64,000 bases of DNA from Alphaproteobacteria bacterium (lineage in GTDB: Bacteria > Pseudomonadota > Alphaproteobacteria > GCA-2731375), in contig CBDDPY010000002.1 in assembly GCA_965232515.1 (NCBI GenBank), positions 3,648,001 through 3,712,000 on the forward strand, written 5' to 3'. Both the position numbers and the translations under genes were made by a program. Shown here piece by piece: positions 59,819-64,000 of the stretch (positions within the stretch are counted from its first letter, which is position 1; each line of letters begins with the position of its first letter). The notes under the pieces were generated by a model. It saw only the letters and a list, made by a program, of their open reading frames with translations, was not told the DNA's origin and did no database searches.

Positions 59819-60616
59819 AATTCCGGTGACAGTAACCGTAATTATCGCCGACCGGTGCGGCGCTTGGTCTTTGCCGCCGGCTTTTTCTTCGCCTTGGGCG
59901 CCTGCTTCGGTTTCGGGCCGGGCTTGCCGCGGACGAACGAGCGGTCGAACCGCCGTTCCAGACGCCGGACGAAGGCCGTGGCGCCGAACGGCCGACCGGT
60001 GCGCGTGCCCATGCGGATCGCCTCGACCGCGTCGTCGTCCGACGGCTCGGCGAGATAAGCGGGCCAGTCCGGCACCATCTCCAAGAGCGGCGCGACGCGC
60101 ACCAGCTCGTCGTCCCGGCCGGCGAGATGCGCGCGCGCGCTCGACCACTTCCAGTCCCGCGCCCGGCGTTTCAGGCGCGCACGCACCGGATTGACCTCGA
60201 CATAGCGGGCGCAGGCGAGCGTGTGCGCCTCATCCATGGGCACGGAATAGAACCGGTCCTGCCAGAGATGCCCCTGCCAACCCTCTCGCCCGTTGATGTG
60301 CCGCGTATAGCGGCGGTGCGTCTCGCCCAGCGCGGCGCGCAGGCCGTCCGCATCGGACGGCACCAGGACCAGGTGCACGTGGTTCGGCATCAGGCAATAG
60401 GCCCAGACCTCGACGCCGACCTCTTCGCAACGCTCGGCCAGCAGTGCGCGATAGAGCGCGTAGTCGTCGTCGTCGAAAAACGTCTCCAGCCCGCGGTTGC
60501 CCCGCTGGGTCACATGGTGCGGATATCCCGGCACCACCACGCGCGCGATTCGAGCCATGCGGTCATGCTGGCACGCCGCATCGAGCCCGTCAATTAAGTA
60601 TACCGTCCCCGCAATC
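59819..60616 (-). mobile_element. HUH/Y1 transposase element bounded by 25-bp imperfect inverted repeats
   Basis: Left IR AATTCCGGTGACAGTAACCGTAATT; right IR (reverse complement) GATTGCGGGGACGGTATACTTAATT; 18/25 match. Confidence 0.75.
59842..60558 (-). CDS. RAYT-like HUH (Y1) tyrosine transposase
   Basis: PHHVTQRGN, AYCLMPNHVHL (HUH), GHLWQDRF, YVEVNPVRA and WKWSS. Confidence 0.92.
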   Translation of the reverse strand: MARIARVVVPGYPHHVTQRGNRGLETFFDDDDYALYRALLAERCEEVGVEVWAYCLMPNHVHLVLVPSDADGLRAALGETHRRYTRHINGREGWQGHLWQDRFYSVPMDEAHTLACARYVEVNPVRARLKRRARDWKWSSARAHLAGRDDELVRVAPLLEMVPDWPAYLAEPSDDDAVEAIRMGTRTGRPFGATAFVRRLERRFDRSFVRGKPGPKPKQAPKAKKKPAAKTKRRTGRR

Positions 60617-60621
60617 CAGCT

Positions 60622-62313
60622 CTAGTCACGGCGTTTGAAATCGAAGCGGCACTTATTCATGCGGCCCTCGATCCTGGCGGCGTCGGTCGCCAGGCTGGCG
60701 GTCACGCTGAAGTTTTCGTTGTGTTCGTTGAACCGCAAATCGATTGTGCCGTCCTCGACAACCTTGCCCTCGACCAATCGCTCCGGCGTCGCCGTAAACT
60801 CGCCGTCACGTCCTATCCTGAGGCTGACCGCGCCGTTTCGGGCGATCAATTCAAGGTCGAAGAAGACCGGTACGGAATTGCCCAATGTGGTCAGCACTTT
60901 GCAGGTAAACGACGCCTTCCAGCGACCGTCATAGCGGCTCAGATCGACGACTGCGGACCGTGGCGCCAAAAGCGCGACCTTCGGGTCTTCGTCGGCCGAC
61001 GTCGACCGCGCATCGGCTGGCGGCGGTTGACTGGCCCGCGCCCGGGCCAGGGCCGCATACCGGCCCTGCGGATAGGCGTCGAGATAGGCACGGTAATCGG
61101 CCGGGCTGCGGCTGTTCTTGACCTGATTCCAAAATGCGTCCTCGGCGGCGTGAGCGGCCAGGCGCCGTTCGGATTCGCGTCTGACCTTATCCGCCAGCGC
61201 CTGCGCCTCGATCGCGTGCCGGCCGTTTGGATAGCGTTGCAGGTAACTCTCGTAGGCCGTTGCCGTGCCGACGCCCGCGGCCGCCTGCCAGGCCGTATCG
61301 TCCGCGGCGCTGGCCGCGTCCAGGCCGGCCCGACGCGTGGCGGCAAGCTGGGCAAAACGACCCCGCGGATAGGTTTCCAGATAAGCGGCGAAGTCGGCCG
61401 GGTTCCTGCTGTCCTTGATCGACGCCCAGAACGCCAGCTCGACGGCGAGATCGGCGTCGGGCTGCGCAGCCGCCGGCGGCGCGGCTTCCGCCGGCGCGGG
61501 CGGGTTGGTCTTGGGGACGAACAGAAACGCGCCGCCCTCGTGGTCGGCGCGGCGGATGTCGGAATATTGCGGCGTCTGGTCGGCGTTGACCACGACCTGC
61601 CGGCTGACCTGGCGGAACAGAGAATTGCCGTCGAGGATGTCGTCGTTTTCCTGCAATGTGCGCAGGAACGCGCCGGCGAACACCGAGTGCCCGTCGGCGC
61701 CGCCATCGACAACCGGTTCGAGGCCGCCGGAGACGATGGCCGTGCGCGAGCGGCGCTCGGCCAGACGCCGTAACCAGGCCTCACGCTCGCGACCGGTCGC
61801 CGGAACCGCCTGCGCGGCCCGTACCAGCGTGCCGGAATAACAGCTGTCGGCGACAACCATGACATGGCGGGCGCTCATGCCCTTCAGCCGACGGGTCAGG
61901 GAATCGTTGGCGATCCAGTTGAGATCGTCGTCCTCGTCCGCGTCCACCGGCAGCCAATAGCCGGTGCCGGTGGCACGGTCGAGCGTGCCATGGCCGGCAT
62001 AATAAACCAGCAGGTTGTCCTGCTCCGTAAGCTCGGCGCGCAGCTTGTTCACGCTGCGCACGATGTCGTCGCGCGTCGCATTGACCAGCAGGGTGACCTG
62101 GAAACCGTATTTCTCGCGCAAGAGTTCGGCCGTCGCCTGCGCGTCATTGACCGCGGTCTCCAGGTCGGGCAGCGTCCGGTAGTCGTTGTTCCCGATCACG
62201 AGCGCGTGGTAGCGGCCGAAATCCAGATCGTCGATCGCCGCTCGCGTTTCGGCGCCGCCAGCCAGCAACGCCACGATAACAAAATAAACACCAATCAATC
62301 GACTAATAAACAT
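60622..62313 (-). CDS. exported caspase-family (peptidase C14) protein with helical repeats
   Basis: ALVIGNNDY, YYAGHG (His), ADSCYSG (Cys), GHSVF; three W..AYL..YP.G repeats; signal peptide; start could be TTG at 62319. Confidence 0.88.
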   Translation of the reverse strand: MFISRLIGVYFVIVALLAGGAETRAAIDDLDFGRYHALVIGNNDYRTLPDLETAVNDAQATAELLREKYGFQVTLLVNATRDDIVRSVNKLRAELTEQDNLLVYYAGHGTLDRATGTGYWLPVDADEDDDLNWIANDSLTRRLKGMSARHVMVVADSCYSGTLVRAAQAVPATGREREAWLRRLAERRSRTAIVSGGLEPVVDGGADGHSVFAGAFLRTLQENDDILDGNSLFRQVSRQVVVNADQTPQYSDIRRADHEGGAFLFVPKTNPPAPAEAAPPAAAQPDADLAVELAFWASIKDSRNPADFAAYLETYPRGRFAQLAATRRAGLDAASAADDTAWQAAAGVGTATAYESYLQRYPNGRHAIEAQALADKVRRESERRLAAHAAEDAFWNQVKNSRSPADYRAYLDAYPQGRYAALARARASQPPPADARSTSADEDPKVALLAPRSAVVDLSRYDGRWKASFTCKVLTTLGNSVPVFFDLELIARNGAVSLRIGRDGEFTATPERLVEGKVVEDGTIDLRFNEHNENFSVTASLATDAARIEGRMNKCRFDFKRRD

Positions 62314-62592
62314 TAACAATCCTTAACATTCCATTCGATACTGGATCCATACTACTGGATAATTTGGAGAGTTTGCAGCACTTATCTTGATTTATACTTG
62401 ACGATATCTGCCTTTAAATTTACAGACGCGCTGCCGCGACGGCGGCAGAAGGCCGGTTCCGCGCATCGTTCCGATCCGGATTTCGACACTTCCGGAACAA
62501 TCGAAGCGGCTTGCATTTCCGCCGATTTTTTTCCTTGACGTCTCTGTGCATGGGGTTGTTCCGCGATCTGCCCCGGACCTACCCCCCCTTTT

Positions 62593-63450
62593 CTATTCGA
62601 CAATGCGACGGAGGGCGGTGATGGCGGTCACGTCGGTTTCGCCGCCGCGGCCCAGCACATCCGCCAACGGCTCGGCCACGACCTGCATCCAGGTGGCGTT
62701 GGCGTGCAGGAGCCGGCCGTCGCCCAGCACGATGCCGACATGGCCCGGCCAGTAGACCAGGTCGCCCCGTCTGAGGGCGGTCAGGTCGTCCGTCTCGACC
62801 GGCGCGCCGAGGGCGCGCTCCTGCTGGTCGCTGTCGCGCGGGCAATCCCGGCCGGCGCGCTGCAGAGCGAGCTGCACCAGCGCCGAGCAGTCGAGGCCGT
62901 CGGCCGAGCGGCCGCCCCAGAGATAGGGCGTGCCGGCGAGCGACAACGCCGTCGCGATCCAGTCCGGTTCGGGCGTCTCGATCTCGGCCAGATGGCGGGC
63001 ATAGACCCAGTCGCCGCTCTGTAACCGGCTGTAGCCGTCCGCCTCGTCGACGATGCGCAGGCGGGCGCCGAGGCTCAGGCCGAAGCGGATACGCGTCTTC
63101 ACGGCGGGGGCCGGATAGAGATGGGTATGCGGTACGGCGACGACATGGGTCGCCTGTCCCTCCCAATCGCCGAGTGCCGCCGAAGGTACGTATCCGACAT
63201 AGCCGTCGAGCGTCGCCTGGCCCCAGGCCCAGCCGGCCTTGTCCTCATAGACCATGAAGCGCTCGCCGAACAGCAGCTCGCTCTCGAGCCGGGCGTCGGC
63301 GGCCGGCGTGAAGCTGAGCGGCGCGGCCGGCGCGATCACCTGCCGCGCCTCGCCCGCGACATACCGAGCCGCCTCGACCTCGCCCGCCAGCTCGGCCGCG
63401 GCCAGATCGGGCCGGGCCGGCGTTACGCGGGCATCGAAGGCCGCCGCCAT
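62593..63450 (-). CDS. NlpC/P60 (C40) family peptidase with SH3-like N-terminus
   Basis: GTPYLWGG, DCSALVQ, PRDSDQQ, GHVGI and LHAN. Confidence 0.92.
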   Translation of the reverse strand: MAAAFDARVTPARPDLAAAELAGEVEAARYVAGEARQVIAPAAPLSFTPAADARLESELLFGERFMVYEDKAGWAWGQATLDGYVGYVPSAALGDWEGQATHVVAVPHTHLYPAPAVKTRIRFGLSLGARLRIVDEADGYSRLQSGDWVYARHLAEIETPEPDWIATALSLAGTPYLWGGRSADGLDCSALVQLALQRAGRDCPRDSDQQERALGAPVETDDLTALRRGDLVYWPGHVGIVLGDGRLLHANATWMQVVAEPLADVLGRGGETDVTAITALRRIVE

Positions 63451-63455
63451 CGTGG

Positions 63456-64000
63456 TCAGCCGCCGAAACGCTCGGCGATGGCGGCATAGAGCGTACGCAT
63501 GGCCAGCGGCTCGCCGCCCTTCGGCCGTCCGGGGCGATCGGCGTCGTTCCAGGCATAGGTGTCGAAATGCGCCCAGGCCTTCGCCTCGCCCACGAACGAT
63601 TTCAGATAGAGCGCGGCCGTCACGGCGCCGGCGAACGGGCCGTCGCCGACGTTGCTGAGATCGGCGACCGGGCTTTTCAAGCGCTCGGCATAGGGGGCGT
63701 AGAGCGGCAGGCGCCAGACCGGATCGCGCTCCGCCTCGCCGTGCCGCGCGAGATCGGCCGCCAGGCCGTCGTCGTCGGTGAAGAGCGCCGGCAGGTCGGG
63801 GCCGAGCGCCACGCGGGCCGCGCCTGTCAGCGTCGCGCAGTCGATCATCAGGTCGGGCGCTTCGGCATCACCGTCGGCCAGCGCGTCGCAGAGCACGATA
63901 CGGCCCTCGGCATCGGTGTTGCCGACCTCGACGCTCAACCCCTTGCGCGTGGCGATGATGTCGCCTGGCCGGTAGGCGTTGCCGGCGACGGCATTCTCGA
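63456..64000 (-). CDS. leucyl aminopeptidase (M17), C-terminal part; 5' end lies outside the window
   Basis: NTDAEGR, ATLTGAARVALG and WAHFD. Confidence 0.92.
   Translation of the reverse strand, partial: ENAVAGNAYRPGDIIATRKGLSVEVGNTDAEGRIVLCDALADGDAEAPDLMIDCATLTGAARVALGPDLPALFTDDDGLAADLARHGEAERDPVWRLPLYAPYAERLKSPVADLSNVGDGPFAGAVTAALYLKSFVGEAKAWAHFDTYAWNDADRPGRPKGGEPLAMRTLYAAIAERFGG

Noticed and set aside
59842-60558. IS200/IS605 element with RNA-guided TnpB
   Set aside because: No tnpB, and the protein has RAYT-type NPVRA and WSS motifs and is longer than IS200 TnpA.

Overview
High-GC alphaproteobacterial chromosome segment (Rhodospirillales-like gene order; taxon inferred, not proven). 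Most of it is housekeeping: tRNA-Arg(ACG), rpmH-rnpA-yidD-yidC-engB-argB, dapD-dapE, truA-fmt-def, rmuC, recR-ybaB-dnaX-ffs, nudC, pheA-kdsB-cytochrome c-hisN, and a yejAAABEF peptide ABC locus with three tandem binding proteins. The right end (about 52-62 kb) looks accessory. It holds a LysR-controlled catabolic cluster (FMN alpha-hydroxy-acid oxidase, ThDP enzyme, transthyretin-like protein ending WWSG instead of YRGS, TctC, fused TctA-TctB), an HUH/Y1 transposase gene and an exported caspase-like protein. The strongest signals are three families of small repeats. (1) The Y1 transposase gene is bounded by 25-bp inverted repeats that recur 11.5 kb away as a 57-bp gene-less element. (2) CGTC-type REP doublets occur four times, and one REP is split by an intact IS4-family element with a 9-bp duplication. 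(3) A 125-140 bp multi-hairpin repeat carries an exchangeable TTGGACG..CGTCCAA palindrome. All coordinates and identities were read by eye; no database searches were run.
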